From Tricharina praecox (Eukaryota): 64,000 bases of DNA. The translations under genes and the position numbers were made by a program. The notes under the pieces are model-generated. The model did no database searches and was not told the DNA's origin. It saw only the letters and a program-made list of their open reading frames with translations. Positions within the stretch are counted from its first letter, which is position 1. The number at the start of each line of letters is the position of its first letter. The stretch lies in NCBI RefSeq assembly GCF_024521635.1, contig NW_026250408.1:1054001-1118000 (forward strand), read 5' to 3'. This document shows, piece by piece, positions 36,261 through 49,746 of this stretch.

Positions 36261-38587
36261 TTACCCACAGTCCGACTAGGTATGTACATTCCTTGTTCCA
36301 TCCCGTCCTGTATATTCCGTTTTGTTTTTTGAGGGTTCAATGGCAGAATGTCTCCGCCAATTTCCAAATACTTCACCGCGGATACCTCTAGGCTGTACCT
36401 CTACCGGCCATACGGCACCATAGGTAGCTATGGTAGTTGTGTAGAATAACCCTAGGGCCGGCTTCTACGCTGCGCTGCGCTGTGTGAATTGATACAGAGT
36501 ACAGTGGAGTACCTGACTACTCGAGTGATCGTCCATGCCCGCCCCGCCCGCCCCGCCCGCACCCGCACCCGCACCTGCACCCTCCTCTGCCGCCACAAAA
36601 TGCCACGCCACGCCGCGCTTCGCTAGAGTAGCCGCCGCGAAACGTTGTATATTTGCAGGTCCCACATTGCAGGTCGCACATGTCAGCCAGTCAGGTCCCA
36701 CATGCCAGTCAGCACTTAGGAGTCAGCACAGCCCCGCGACGCCCAGCTCCCCATACAGAGGTACATACACCAGTACTCCAAGCCGACTCAAGATCCGTCA
36801 CCCAAAACCCAACACCCAAGACAAGACCCAACACCCAAGACAAGACCCGAGACCCAAGACAAGACCTGTCATCAGCTACATAGGTACGTACCGTATGGTA
36901 CTTGACAGCACCCCCACCCGTCGTCATCCCGCATCCTCCCTGCACCTCAAGCATACGTAACCACGTGTAGCCACCAAGCACGTGCACGTGTCCGCGCTCA
37001 CTCGCGCGCGCTCCTGCAAGTCTGCAACGCTGCTGCAACGTTGCGACCAGCGATCAGCGAGTGCTGCGCCTCACTTCACTTCCCTTGGTATAGGTATTCA
37101 CTCCTCGAATCTCGGGTTTCACAACTCACAACTGTCGGCGAATCTCCAGCTGTTAACGAGTCGAGTCGTCATCAGCCTCATCGTTCATGCCTCACATCTC
37201 CAGATTCCAGAAGCGGAAGCGTCGTCACTCCTCAGAGACGGATATATATTGACTTCGCCCCGCACACCCCCACCCCCCGCTCGCCCGCCAAGCTCACACT
37301 CGTGCGGGAGATCGTCGCATACTCTAGGTACACACACATGTTGAGGGGAGGATGTGGTGGGATGGGATGCATGTGGGATGCATGTGGGATCAGTGGTTAC
37401 TTCTTACTTATGTATGATTTATGGTTATGGTTATATACCGGTATGAGGTATGTACTAATTGTGGTATCATCAGATCTCAATCTCCTAGATGCCCCGCCAG
37501 ATACTCGAGTAGATACCCCCACCAGATAGCTAGACATATATCCCCTCCCCCACCCCCCCCCCCCCCCCCCCCCCCTTCCCCGCGGACTCCCGCAATAGCT
37601 CCCGTAATAGTAGTAATAGTAGCAGCAGCAGCAATAGCAATAGTAGTAGTAGTAACAACACTATAGTAGCGAACGACAAGAAGAAACGCCCACTCCCCAA
37701 TCCCAACCGACCCAACCCAACGCGCGCAAGACCTCTTCTAAACTCAAAGACAGCCGCAGACAGCTAAAGACAGAAATTACAAAGCCCCGCTCAGTAGTAG
37801 TGATACACCTCCCCCTCCCCCACCAAACACCACACACAAACACAAACACCACACGCAAACACCACATAACACCACACACAACACATTACATGTTAAATCT
37901 CCATCATCCTTCGCGAGCGAGGAAATATCTTCACACAGAAAACAAACGTATGTACCTCGTGGGGCCGGGTATTAACATCGACATCCACATCCACATCACA
38001 GAGCAGTACCGAAAGACACCCCAACATATTACAACCAGAAAGCAAAGCCCCGATGTAAATACAACCGATGTGCGCCCATCAGATTAGATCCCCATTACTC
38101 GCTTCCCCCCCACCATCGGCGTCTGTCGAGGTTGAAAGTTGATGATGTCACACTTGAAGCCAAGAAGATTGAAAAACGATATGTAGAGATGGAAAGAAAT
38201 AGGTAGATGGCCAACTCCCTGAGAGGCTAGGAGGTTATTAACTATTGTATGTAAGAGGGGGGGGGTATGAGCTAAGTGCGGAGTAGAATAGCCCAGCCAA
38301 AACACCGCTGCGAGTAGAGAGATGCATGCGAAAAATAAAGCAAAAAAAGATGAGACCCGCAAATCCCAAAGCAAATGTAACTCCATTCCCATGGTAGCCG
38401 TGAGTTCATAAGTTAAACAAAGGAGAGGTGGCATACAAAACAAGAGAAAAGAAAAAAGGATACTAAAGAGGATACGCATCCCGAAAGGATCATTGTTCGG
38501 AAACGCAGAAGAATGGTGACGTTGAATGATCAAAATGCTGATCGTGACGAAATTCGGTGCACGTGACATCGCTCCGATTGGACCCGT

Positions 38588-40233
38588 CTATCGGCGATCA
38601 TCAACGGGAATGTAGACTTCCGATGAATCGACCTCGGAAGTAGCAGCCAGGGTTTCGCTGGCAGACGACCACACCGATTGGATGTCATCGCTCGGGCTAA
38701 CGGGACTCCTGCAGCCGGAGGAGATTCCGGAAGAGGATCCAACCGTCCATTCGTCATCTTCCGAGTGGTACGAGTCGAGGTCATACAACCCGTAGTCGAA
38801 GCGCTCGCTGCTGGAGCCCGAACCGATCTCCAGGTAATCGTAGTCCCATCGGAATTCCTTATCGGGCTGCAGCCTGGCGAGGAATTTGGTCTTTGCGACG
38901 TAGAAGCTGAGTCCGGCCACTGGATGACAAAGTCAGCACGACCGACCCTGGAGAACACTGAAAGGGGGGAGGGCTCAACGTACAGAGACTTCCGGCGATC
39001 AGATCGACGGCGTAATGGTGCTGAAGGTACAGAGTTGCCCACCAGATCCACATGACGTAGCTGTAAAACACCCATCTGGCCTTGGGGAAGACGTGCGCGA
39101 GGAACAGCGCCTCAAGCGTAGCGCAACCCGAGTGCAGGGAAGGCATAGCGCCAAAAACCAACGGCGAAGCGGTGAAAGTCGAGCTGTACAGGTTCCATCC
39201 AAACAGGGCATCAATACGCGCGAGTCCGGCCGGAGATCCGCCCATCGAGTAATTGGCAGGTGCCATTCCGAACTTGGCCTCGTACCCTGAAAAAACATCA
39301 CCCGTCAGTCACAGGCAACGGAGAATCGGCGTAGTTTGAGGTTTGAACTCACATGGCGGTGCGCAAGGGAAGCACAGCTGGATTATGACACCGATCAGGT
39401 TCATGTATCCGAAGGTCCGTGCGTAAACGCGCAGAGTACCCGGAGCGGCGAAGAGGAACATGACGCCGGCGCAGACGAAGGGGAACGCGAAGTGGAAGAT
39501 TCCGTAAGGAAGCCATGCGAGAACATCAAGGATGGGGTGCTTGTGTGCCGAGAGGATGTTGCTCAAGTTCGCGCCGTAGATGATGTTCTCGAGTGCCGGA
39601 AGCACCCGAACCCAGATATGTGGTCGCCATTCCGCAGGAATGAAACTAGATGAGAGACATGTGAGATCATGCCCGGTAATTCTGTGGGTCGGTCGAATTC
39701 CGCCCCGCCCCACCCCTCTGCCGCGCCCCGCCGTTGCCACGTGACGAAGGGTGCGTTGAAACACTCAACGCACATGGCGTCGGAGGTGGCGGCAGTAGCG
39801 GCGGTGGTGAGCAACGGATGATGACATACCTGCACGAGTAGAACAAGACGAGCCAACTAGCAATCGGCAGGAACGGCAGAAAGAACTGCCTCGTTATGGG
39901 CAACAGCAACGAGAGCATCAACAGCGTCGCAATCGAAGTCTTCACGAGCGCGCCCGGCTCCTCAATCACGGACAAACAGAAGATGCCCAGGATCATCAGG
40001 ATCAGGTACTGGCCATCGTAGATGGACCATGTGTGCGCTCGCAGGGACCGTATCGTGTCGTTCGGATCGAAGGACGTCTGCAGTTTCGCGAGGTTCGAGG
40101 CCGGCGACTGGCCGCTGCGCATGCGAGAGCCGAACTTTCTTCGTATCCGGTTGAAGCCGGAGACCGACGGCCAGCCCAGGCCCTTCGGACTGGTATCGAG
40201 CATGGGAAACAGTTTTGTCGACGACGACTTCAT
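38588..40233 (-). CDS. AUR1: Inositol phosphorylceramide synthase catalytic subunit Aur1; exons 40233-39830, 39645-39353, 39286-38984, 38919-38588
   Basis: RPHIWVRVLPALENIIYGANLSNILS, LAWLPYG, CAPPWYE, GSPAGLARID, FGAMPSLHSG, LYLQHHYAVDL; the start could instead be ATG 40203. Confidence 0.96.
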
Positions 40234-41207
40234 GGTGAGGGTGGATGTAGCGCGGTCGAGCGGGAAGGCGAGGGTTCGGAAGGGCGATTGAGATGTCGGG
40301 ACGGGCGATACGCGTGTAGTGACGATACAGTTCCGTTGGGAGGGGAGTTGGTGGGAAATCCAAAGTTGCGCAGGCAGGGGAGACGACACGCGACGTTGAC
40401 TTCAACGGCAGTCACGCAACCTCTTTATCGGTGGAGGAGGAGGTGTCGAAGAAGTGTGCGGGACGAGGAGTTGAAGGCAGGAAGCGGATGCGGAGAAGGA
40501 GGTTGAAGTAGGGGGAGGGAGGAAGTATAGTGGTGGAGGAGGAGGAGGAGGAGGAGGAGGAGGAGGAGGAGGCGTAGCGACAACAACGACCGGGCGGAAC
40601 GGAAACGGATGAGTACCGGTAGATGTAGGTGAAGCGACTCTGGTGTGTGCAAGCCGGCAGGAGGTAGGCAGTTGCGTGTTGTTTGTTGGTTATGTACTCA
40701 GGCCGGGGCCCCCGTACCGTGCCGGGCTGGGTGGAGGACTAACCACTGATTCTCGTCTTTCTCGGTGCCTTGCCTATTTGGTGGTAGGTAGCCAGGCAAG
40801 TAAGATACCGCGATGTTTAGTGTAGCGGTAATACACACATCCATACCCTACGACAGCACCACGGCCCCTGCGAAATTCCGCCGTCCTTCGCTTGACTGGC
40901 CTCCCTCGGCCTTGACGGTCGCGTCGGAGTCTGAGAAGAATCTCCACTGGCGCTGCGAGCGAAGGGAGAGAGAGGGAGAGCGAGTGACCCGGGAGAGCGA
41001 GTGGCCTGCGCGACCTCGCATTCGTTTCTCTGCCAGCCAGCCAGCCAGCCAGCCTTCCACTCTCCCACCCTCCGTCGCCACCGAGCCGCCGCTCGCCAAT
41101 CACCGCGCCGTGAGTCCGTATGACTCCACTTTGGCATGTAAGTACTCTACATACTATGGACTTGGTTTGGTTGGTTTTCTCCGTGGCATGGCGTTCACTC
41201 GGCGATG

Positions 41208-41259
41208 CCCTTCGTATGTAGCCCTTCGTATGTAGCCCTTCGTATGTAGCCCTTCGTAG
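41208..41259. repeat. 14-bp minisatellite cccttcgtatgtag x~3.7 upstream of AUR1
   Basis: Directly visible perfect repeats. Confidence 0.9.
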
Positions 41260-43639
41260 CTCTTCATAGCCACAGCCCTTTCCGGTTCAGGTGGCACGAC
41301 AGACAATCTGAGACACACCGCGGCGGTCCAGACGAGCACGGGTTTAACTGCTCTAGAGGCGATACACGGGCTCCCGAGTCCCTCGATGAACTTTTCCCAG
41401 CCACATCAAATCCTGAGTGAGCGAGCGACCACCCGCCCCCCCGCCCCCCCCGCCCCCCCGCCCCCCCCCCCCGCGCGCCGCGCGAAACGACAAATCCAAC
41501 CGTAATCGCTCTTTTTCTGCCAGATCTGAAATCGTGACAGCTCTGGCGCCAAGTCCCCTTGAAAAAAGAAAAAAAAGAACGAGAAAAAAAAAGTGAGAGA
41601 AAGCGAAATGAAACTGCTGCGACTGCCAGATCCGGCCGGCTGCCACTGGTCGAATCAGTCCCTGTCCCGACGGGCTTTCGCGAAAACCCATCCCCCCATC
41701 CCCCTCGGAGTGAGGTCATGTCGTTTCCTTATCCAGGCAAGGCTCGAAAAAGAAGAAGAAAGAAGGAAGAAAGAAAGAAAACGGTTCCTTCCGATTCGGA
41801 ACGGAAAACTCATCGCGGCAAGACATGCCCGTTTTCCGCTGCCTGATCATTTTGTTATTATTTCACGCCGGGAGCCACCACCACCACCACCACCACCACC
41901 ACCATCTTCACTGTGATTGCTAACCATCTACATCGCGTTCACGGGACCCCGGCGACAGCTAGGTACCTCGTGATGAGCAGGAGCAGAAGGAGGAGAAGAT
42001 AGAAAGCGGGGCTTCTTATCCTCAACTCTACATACACACGATTCCGTGATGGTTAGGTTATCTCCGATTCCGATGGTCCATGCGTTTCAACTGTCGCCTT
42101 CTGCTGCATGCTCGTCACCCACCGACACCTCTGATCTCCTCCAGGGTTAGCTATGACGGTGTGCCCGTGTCGCTTTTCTGTGTGTGTGGTGGTGTGTGGG
42201 TGGATGTGTGTGTGGGTGGGTGTTTATGTAGGTGTGTGGATGTGTATGTAGGTGTCTGTATAGATAGTGTGCGTATGCATTCGCAGTTGCAGTTGCAGCT
42301 CCTCCTCTTCTGTGATTATGTTATCTACACAGGATCACCATACGAACCTCACGAGAAAAACAAAGGTTTCGGTGAACGCACGAGTGGCATATGCGAGTGC
42401 GCGTGCTGAGCCTGCATACAGACGAGAGTCGAGACGAGACGAGACGATAGGGCCGTTGCTACAACCCGTTGCCTGCCAGGCTGCCAAACTCCAGAGTCTA
42501 TATTCTATTTGTTGAGGCCTCGAACGAGCAAACTTTATGACCCCCCTCTCCCTCTGGGCGCCTTGGCTCACACACTCCTGCCACCATCATTCGACTCCGT
42601 TGACTCCGTGGGGAGCTGGAACCGGCCGAGTTTTCCATATAGTAGTATGGGCTACATATAGACGCCCAGCAGCCCAGCAGCCCAGCAGCCCAGCTCATCG
42701 CCGCGCCGCCGCGGGCGCTAAACGTTTACCAAACTTTTGGTGTTTACCGCTGTGGCGATGCCGATTGGCCGTTCCGGTGTCCAGTGAACATTGTCCAGTG
42801 AGCAATGACCACTCGAGCGAGCTGCGAGGATGCGAGGATGCGAAGTGATGTCTTCTCTCGTGCGTCTCGTGCGTCGTCGTCGTCGTCGCCGCCGGCCAAA
42901 TGGACGTTGTTGTTTTTGTTTTTCGAGCCGTTGTGTGATAGCGGTATGATAGAGTTCCACCACCTGTGGTATGTAACACTGGGCCACTGGCCGGTGGCAT
43001 GCAAACCTCCCACCCCCCACACATTCCTCAACCCGCACAGCCCAATCCGCCCAGTCCGCCCAGTCCGCCCAGCCCGCCCAGCCAAGCCCGTACAGATCAC
43101 CGACACCGACGTGAGGAGACGAATCCGTTACGCACGCGTCAGGCGGCATCGGGCGGACTTGGTGGTCCTCCGTCATCGCTCGCCCCGCACTGCACACGGA
43201 CAGACAGACAGACAGGCGCAGCGCGGTCGAAATGAATCCCGATCGGCAAATAAGAACACGAATCTCGGGCTGCGCCTTCGTTCGGAAATGTGGAGCTATC
43301 CAGGTCCCAGCTAACAAGCTACTATCGGTCATACCGGGTCCCTCCCGCGCAGAGCACCCGGTGCCGAGTGGGTACATACCGTGCAATACATACCGTACCA
43401 GGTACATACCGTACATATGTAGCCGACTCGGCTCATTTCCTGATTTCCTCATTTCCTCGGGATATTGGTTCGGGATATTGGGCTTGTGTCCAATGATAAT
43501 GATCCATACATACGAGTACAGTGCGAGTACGAGTACGTACGAGTGCGAGTACGCGCGAAACCGGAACCGGGCCAATCCAGAGTTAGTGATTTGGTGATTA
43601 GAGTGGTGACTGCGACCTGCGACCTGCGGCGGACGCCTA

Positions 43640-43845
43640 AAGGCTGAAATCAGCAAAATCAGCAAAATCAGCGAAGTTCGCTTGTTTGTTTGTTTTGTTT
43701 GATCGCTGATTAGACGATGGATGATGGATGCCCAAACAAACGTGCCTGAAGGCTGAAATATCGGTGCTCAGAGGTTGCTTGTTCGCTTGTTGTTTAATCG
43801 CTGATTGGATCACTGGATGACTGGATCCCCGAAACAAACGTGGCT
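43640..43845. repeat. ~105-bp degenerate tandem duplication in the AUR1 upstream region
   Basis: aaggctgaaat...gttcgcttgtt...tgttt(g/a)atcgctgatt.ga...ggatga..ggat.ccc.aaacaaacgtg occurs at 43640-43746 and 43749-43845. Confidence 0.8.
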
Positions 43846-46800
43846 TATTTTGTTCTGTTTAATCATCAATTGATTGAATGCCAATTAATAGTCGCTGTGC
43901 GACTGACGTGCGTTCGTGCGCGGCTCGATGATGGCCCGAGTCGAGTCGGCGTGCGAATACGAACACTGAACACTGAACACCGAATAGCGTGGGACGCCTT
44001 GTGTCAACATACCAATATACACACGCCCCGTATCGCCGCACGCTCTCCGCCCCATCGCCTACAAGTCCCGACTATGTACCTACTACTAGCAGTAGAGCTC
44101 ATCAGCCTTCCCGCGCGGTTATATACTCTATATATGCTAGTATACGAGTCCGCCGTTCGCCTGGCCGCAGCACTCAGCACTCAGCACTCCGCCGGGCCAA
44201 ACAAGGGGTACGTATTGTGCGTACCTACACTACAGTGCAACAGGTAAGTACCAGTACTTAGGGAAATAGGTAATCGATAAACAACCCTGGATTTCGGAAA
44301 TTACTGCTTCGGACGGAAACGGCCAGTGGTAAGGAGAGGCGAGGCGACCAGGCAAGCGAATCTTACTCATACATAGAGTACACATCGTTTCGCCGAGTTG
44401 TCCATCCATCGGGGGAGGGTCTGAGCCCCCAGTCGGAGCGGACATTTGTATGTACCGTAGATATCGCCGGTGCATGCATAGGTAGGGTACGGGCATCATT
44501 CGGACACGGAAACCTACCAGTGTCCGCCTGCCCGCAGCTGATCATCATACCTATAAAGTATACGCAGCGAAAAGGGGGAGGGGGAGGAGTTAAGGTTAAA
44601 CGACCGCCATGTAGAGTACTTACCATACCTCATACCTATGTATACCTCACACCTATAGGTACCGTATATGGATACCGTTTATAGATACCCCTCTACCCTC
44701 CAGATCGCCGCCAAAGTTCGAACTTCAAACCGTCTTACATATGCAGAGTATGTACGCGCTCGAGAGTCGAGATGTTTCAGCACTCCGTGACTCCGTTACA
44801 CTCTACCGATACATACATACATGGAGTACTCATTCTGCGCGTCCCCAGCGGCCCAGCCAGCGCAGTTGAGCACACCCGAAGCGCGGTGTCGTCCGAGACA
44901 CAATTAGAATTCAGATTACCCGCGCTCTGGATGACAGGATCACTTGCTTCCGTCCCGCCCGCCCGCCCGCCGGCCATACATAGATACTTATGTACATAGG
45001 GCCCTTGCCCGCTTCGGAGTATCGCTGATTCGCTACTTACCTAACAGTAGGCTCGGGAGTCGGGACACTTTCACTACCGTAGGTACTAGTACCGACTACT
45101 GCGTGTGGCGCCTTCTCCCGAGTCCCAGCCACCTCGTTCCGTGCTCAAGCTCCGGAATTCGGTGTCTGGATGATGTCTGGATGATGTCTCGACTCTCGAA
45201 GCTCAGTGCTTCCATGCGAGTCGCGACGTCCATAGAAAACTCAAAAAACTACCGTACGATATCGACATGGTCGCATATATACCTACCGTAGAGTACATAA
45301 GCGAATTCCAGCGGGCTGCTACCGGGTTCGGAATGCCTCTGCTATGTAAATCATGTGTGAGCGGGCTGCGGAAGTGGTCATATGTAATATGCAAACTACC
45401 CATAGTACTGTAGAGTAAATGATTTCTCACTCCCGTCTGCGCGCATAGGTATCTCGTGTAGGTATCATTTCGCTTGTGAGGATGTATGGGTGAGTGAGAG
45501 TGAGTATTCCCCGGAGATAAGCAGACTCAGCTTTTCCCGGACCGGGCATCTACTTTCGGTACTGCGCTCTTCATACCTGCGGTATCTCCGTCCACCAAAC
45601 GAAACAAGCCAACACCCACACAACACCTACATAGCAACAGCAACAACAAAAACAACAACAACAGCAGCAGCAGCAGCAGCAGCCAGCCTCGCTCGTCGAG
45701 ATTCGAGAAACTCAAAGTCGCGTGAGGCATTTGTGTCACACACACAAATCGCATCGCAATTTAAAAACCCCCCCAAATCTTTTTTTCTTTTTCCAAAATT
45801 CTCTTTTTTGCCGGGGTGGGGTGTGGTGGTCTCGGAACGAGCAGAGCCGGGGCTGGTGGATGGTGGATGGTGGATGGTGGACGGTGGATGGTGCACTGGG
45901 GATCAATAATCACGCCGCCCCGCGCCGATCGCAAAGCAGAGCAAAGCTTTAGAAAAAAGTCGGACTTCCGTTTACTCCGGCTTCCGGTGCCGATCCGATG
46001 AATGAATGCTGCTGCAGAAAGAAAAAAAAATACCCCACACAAATTATAACTTCTATCTAAGCGGAGGGTGGGCAGTCGGAGGAAAAGCAAATTCAGACTT
46101 TTGGGCGGACGGGGGAGATGGAACTCCTTACTCACCTGCTAGTAGTTAAATACGGATGGAGAGGGAGAGGGAGACGCAGATGCAGATGGCGATGGAGGTG
46201 GAGATTGGAAATAAAGGAGTTTGCAGTGCAGATCGAGTCATGGATTGTGTTTCACCTACCAGCACTCTACTCTACCGTAGTACCGTACCAACATGATGCG
46301 ATGATCCAATCTGCAGCATCTTATCAGATCCTGCAGGGCTCCTGCTCGGCTATCTCGGGAGCGGCCCTAGTTTACTCGTTAGCACTTGGAACTTTGAGGC
46401 TTGGAAGTTGGAGCCGGGTTTCGGATGCGCCTGCCTGTTCTGCTTGCCCGCGTCGTTGTCGTGTCGTGTGAGCCCTCTGCAACTCTGCCAGCAACGCGAG
46501 CTCCGTGCCCGCCCGGTGATGCCGACTGGAGTCGCTTCGGTGCTTCGAGATGGGGCTGGCGGCGCGTGGTTGGCGGTACGGTGCTAGTAGAGTAGAGCAC
46601 CTAAGGCTGTCGCCGGACGCCTCCCTCCATAACGCATCACAACGTATCACACCAGATCACTCCCCCGTGGTCCTTTGGTCCTTGGGCCTCGGGGCTCGGC
46701 ACCGGCTAAGGACATACCGGTAGTAGATCCTGCCACTGGAGCATGTATTGTGTTTTCGGACGCGCTAGCTTCGGCCCACCGGCGGATCGAGGACGTTCGC

Positions 46801-48449
46801 AGTGAGCGTAGGCCGCGACACCCGAGACGTGTCGGCTTTCGGCGAAGACATCGGGCGGAGCAGACCCCCAGATCGGATGCGGTGCCTACCGGTACATACA
46901 CGTGCTAGCGGAGTTCCGCCCTCCCTCCGACATACCTGGGTCTGTATATCCGCAGCATCCGTTCGGAATAGAGATGCTATGTAAGACAAGGCTGCATCGC
47001 CGTTATACAGTAGTAGTGCAGGGACCATTGCGCTTCGGAACCACCCTACTAGGTAGTAGGGCGGTTGTCCGCCGAGGCTGCCGAGAGGCTCCTTCCGGCA
47101 GATGCGTTGATGCCGCGCCGCGAGTGATTACCCGTACATGCGCGAGGCAACGCCTGAGCATGTGTCGCCCGCCTGGCGATGGCGCGGCCGAAGGGTGGCG
47201 CGCGGTGGGACCATGTCTTGTCTGATGGTGTTCAGAGGCACGCGTTGTCAACTCTAGGTTGGTAGTGAGTGCCCATAACGGGTGTGAGAAATGTAAAACG
47301 TGATTCGATTGAAAAAGAGGTTTATGAATCTTTGAGTATTGAACAACAGAAGGACCGACAAGACGAGCAGAAAAGCAACAACAGAAACATTTCAACGTTC
47401 AACGACCGCATCGGGTCTGCCCTTCATACACTTGGTCCCACCAGGTCCCTGCAAGGTCTCTCCCCCCAAATACAAGGTCCCACCCGGGTCTCGACAAGGT
47501 CTCCTCTCTCCGGCGCCCACCCATGATGTCAAGCCGCCTCTTCCTACACACCCCTCAGCAGGTACTACTCGAGTATTGTACTTACATGCCACTGGCGGAC
47601 GTAACTCACTCCGCAAGCCTTGGCGGTGGGAGAGGTGATAGCAGACGTGACAACCGCCATCATGAACCGCTGTTCGGCCGTCACCGCTCGGCCCAACGTG
47701 CTTGCTCAGCCGTGCGGTTTCCACAGCACCCATCTCGGACTAGTAGTACTCGCGGCGAGTGATTTCGCACGACACCGGTGACAGCGAGACAAAACCGGCC
47801 AAAACCTAGCGGCGTCTCACGATTATAGAGAACTTAAAGACGAGCCGAGTGGGTTGTGGTGTCGAAAAGAAGTCGTTGTATGTATCATACACATGGGATT
47901 TTATATCATCGTTCGTATGGTACTTATCATGTCCTTTCTGCATCGCCATTCACACCGTGCATCGCATCATCCATATCACTGGACTGACGCATACAACTTC
48001 ATCCGCGTGCCACGGTGCTCCTTCCACCAATTCCTCCGCGGCAGCCTCGCCAATATGTAATCACCTACGGTATAGCTCCGCCCCTTCTCCCATGGCACTT
48101 CTGGACCGGCCTCGTGCACGACCACACACAACCCGTAGGTATTGATCCCGCCTAACTTTTGCCAGCCAGCCAGCCAGCCAGTTCTACCCCAGCACCAACC
48201 AGAGCACTTTTCTCTGCCTCATCCGACTGTGAGCAGACCAGAAAAAGACCACGTCCTGCAATCTTCGAGTGACATATCATGTCCCGAAACACCGCATCAC
48301 CGCATCACCGCGCAAAAGGTCCAATGTTTCATATAAATATACACGGAGAGCAGCACGAGGAGTGGAGGGTAATGGTGCTGCCGACAGTACGCATGGCGAC
48401 ATCCAAGGAGTAGCGCGTTCTATGTGACTGGTTGGTTCGCCGACGGGAT

Positions 48450-48918
48450 GGGGGGATGGGTCTGTAGTGAGGATAGGCCTGTGGTAAGGATGGGTGTGTC
48501 GACTGGCCCGGATGGTCGGGTCAGTCGGTATGTACTTCATCTAAGGTATGGTGAGAGGGGAGTTGGATGAGTGGGGATGGGTAGATACATTGTAGGTAGT
48601 GTGCTGGCAGTATGCTGGCAGTACCCTTGCTACCAATACTTTATCTACTTCTACCGCCACGATCACTCGGCGCAACTGTGCACTGTGCACTGTGCAGGCA
48701 AAAAATAGGTGGTCTGGCTGACTAGCAGCTCAGGTACCAGCGCAGTTGGCTTTTCACAAGCCGGTATGAGCTGCCCCCCTCCCCGATCGTCGCGATAGAA
48801 ATTAGAAATATCGGCAACACGAGTATGGGTAGTAGGTATTGGGCATTGACGTGATCCACTCCATGGCAGATCACTCGGCTAACTGGTACACCCAGCACTT
48901 TGGCCGGCCGGAATGCTT
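48450..48918 (-). repeat. Right arm of the ~500-bp degenerate inverted repeat (partner of 35724-36260)
   Basis: gtcggtatgtacttcatctaaggtatggtgagag, tgctggcagtatgctggcagta and cgatcactcggcgcaactgtgcactgt are reverse complements of left-arm blocks, in mirrored order. Confidence 0.9.
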
Positions 48919-49746
48919 CTCTGCGAGATTGCAGCGGCGCTGTATCAGTCAGGGCTACCAGGAAAGCCCGAGACCACGTACGCACGCACGCTGGATACAT
49001 ACCGGCTCGTCCGCAAGGTGCACGGTCGTCGCGTGAGTACAAAAGGCCGGTCGCCCTAGTACATACTATAGGCGCCGACGTCGCTGCATGATCCGTGCCC
49101 GTTGATCTTTCCGCCATGCCATGTGTCGGTTCGCCAGACACGTGTGTTGCTGGGTGTGCTGGGTAAAGAACTCCCCGCCGCCGGTCTCGTAAGAATCGGG
49201 TTTCTGAAGGAGTGATAGGTGATGTACCGTAGAGTACATACCACTCGCTCCGAGTTGGAATTGGCGTTCCCGCGGGATACTAGTAATTTGGATATACAGC
49301 CATCCACCCGTGGTCTTTTCGGGATGTCTGTTGTTGTCGTCGTTGGGATGTGTCGGTTGGTTTCAGATGGAGTCCAGAAAGAGCACGAGTTCCTTTATTT
49401 CGCTCGAGTAGATAGCCCATTGGAAGGAGCCCTGTAGAAAAGGTCGGGTTCTGGCTGATCGGGTTGTTCTAGGTGCTCGTGTGGTCAACCAAATAACGAG
49501 TCGTCGTCGTGCTCGACTAGCTGCCCGTCCCGCTATCAGATCCATCTTATCACCAACCTTGGCCTGCAAGGCTCTCCCCCAGCTAGCGTGATAAAAGAGC
49601 CTCAAGAAAAAAGTTCAGAAACGTTTTATCCACACATATGAAACCCACCGAGTGAGCCGCCGCACAAACCCTCCTTCACGACAGCGTCTCGCACCGACCC
49701 ACAAGATACCCGAAACCTGGTGCCCAGGACTCTACCGCCGCTGTCC

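Noticed and set aside
42718..43665. 315-aa minus-strand ORF in the AUR1 upstream region
   Set aside because: Non-ATG start, built from simple repeats, no domain-like composition
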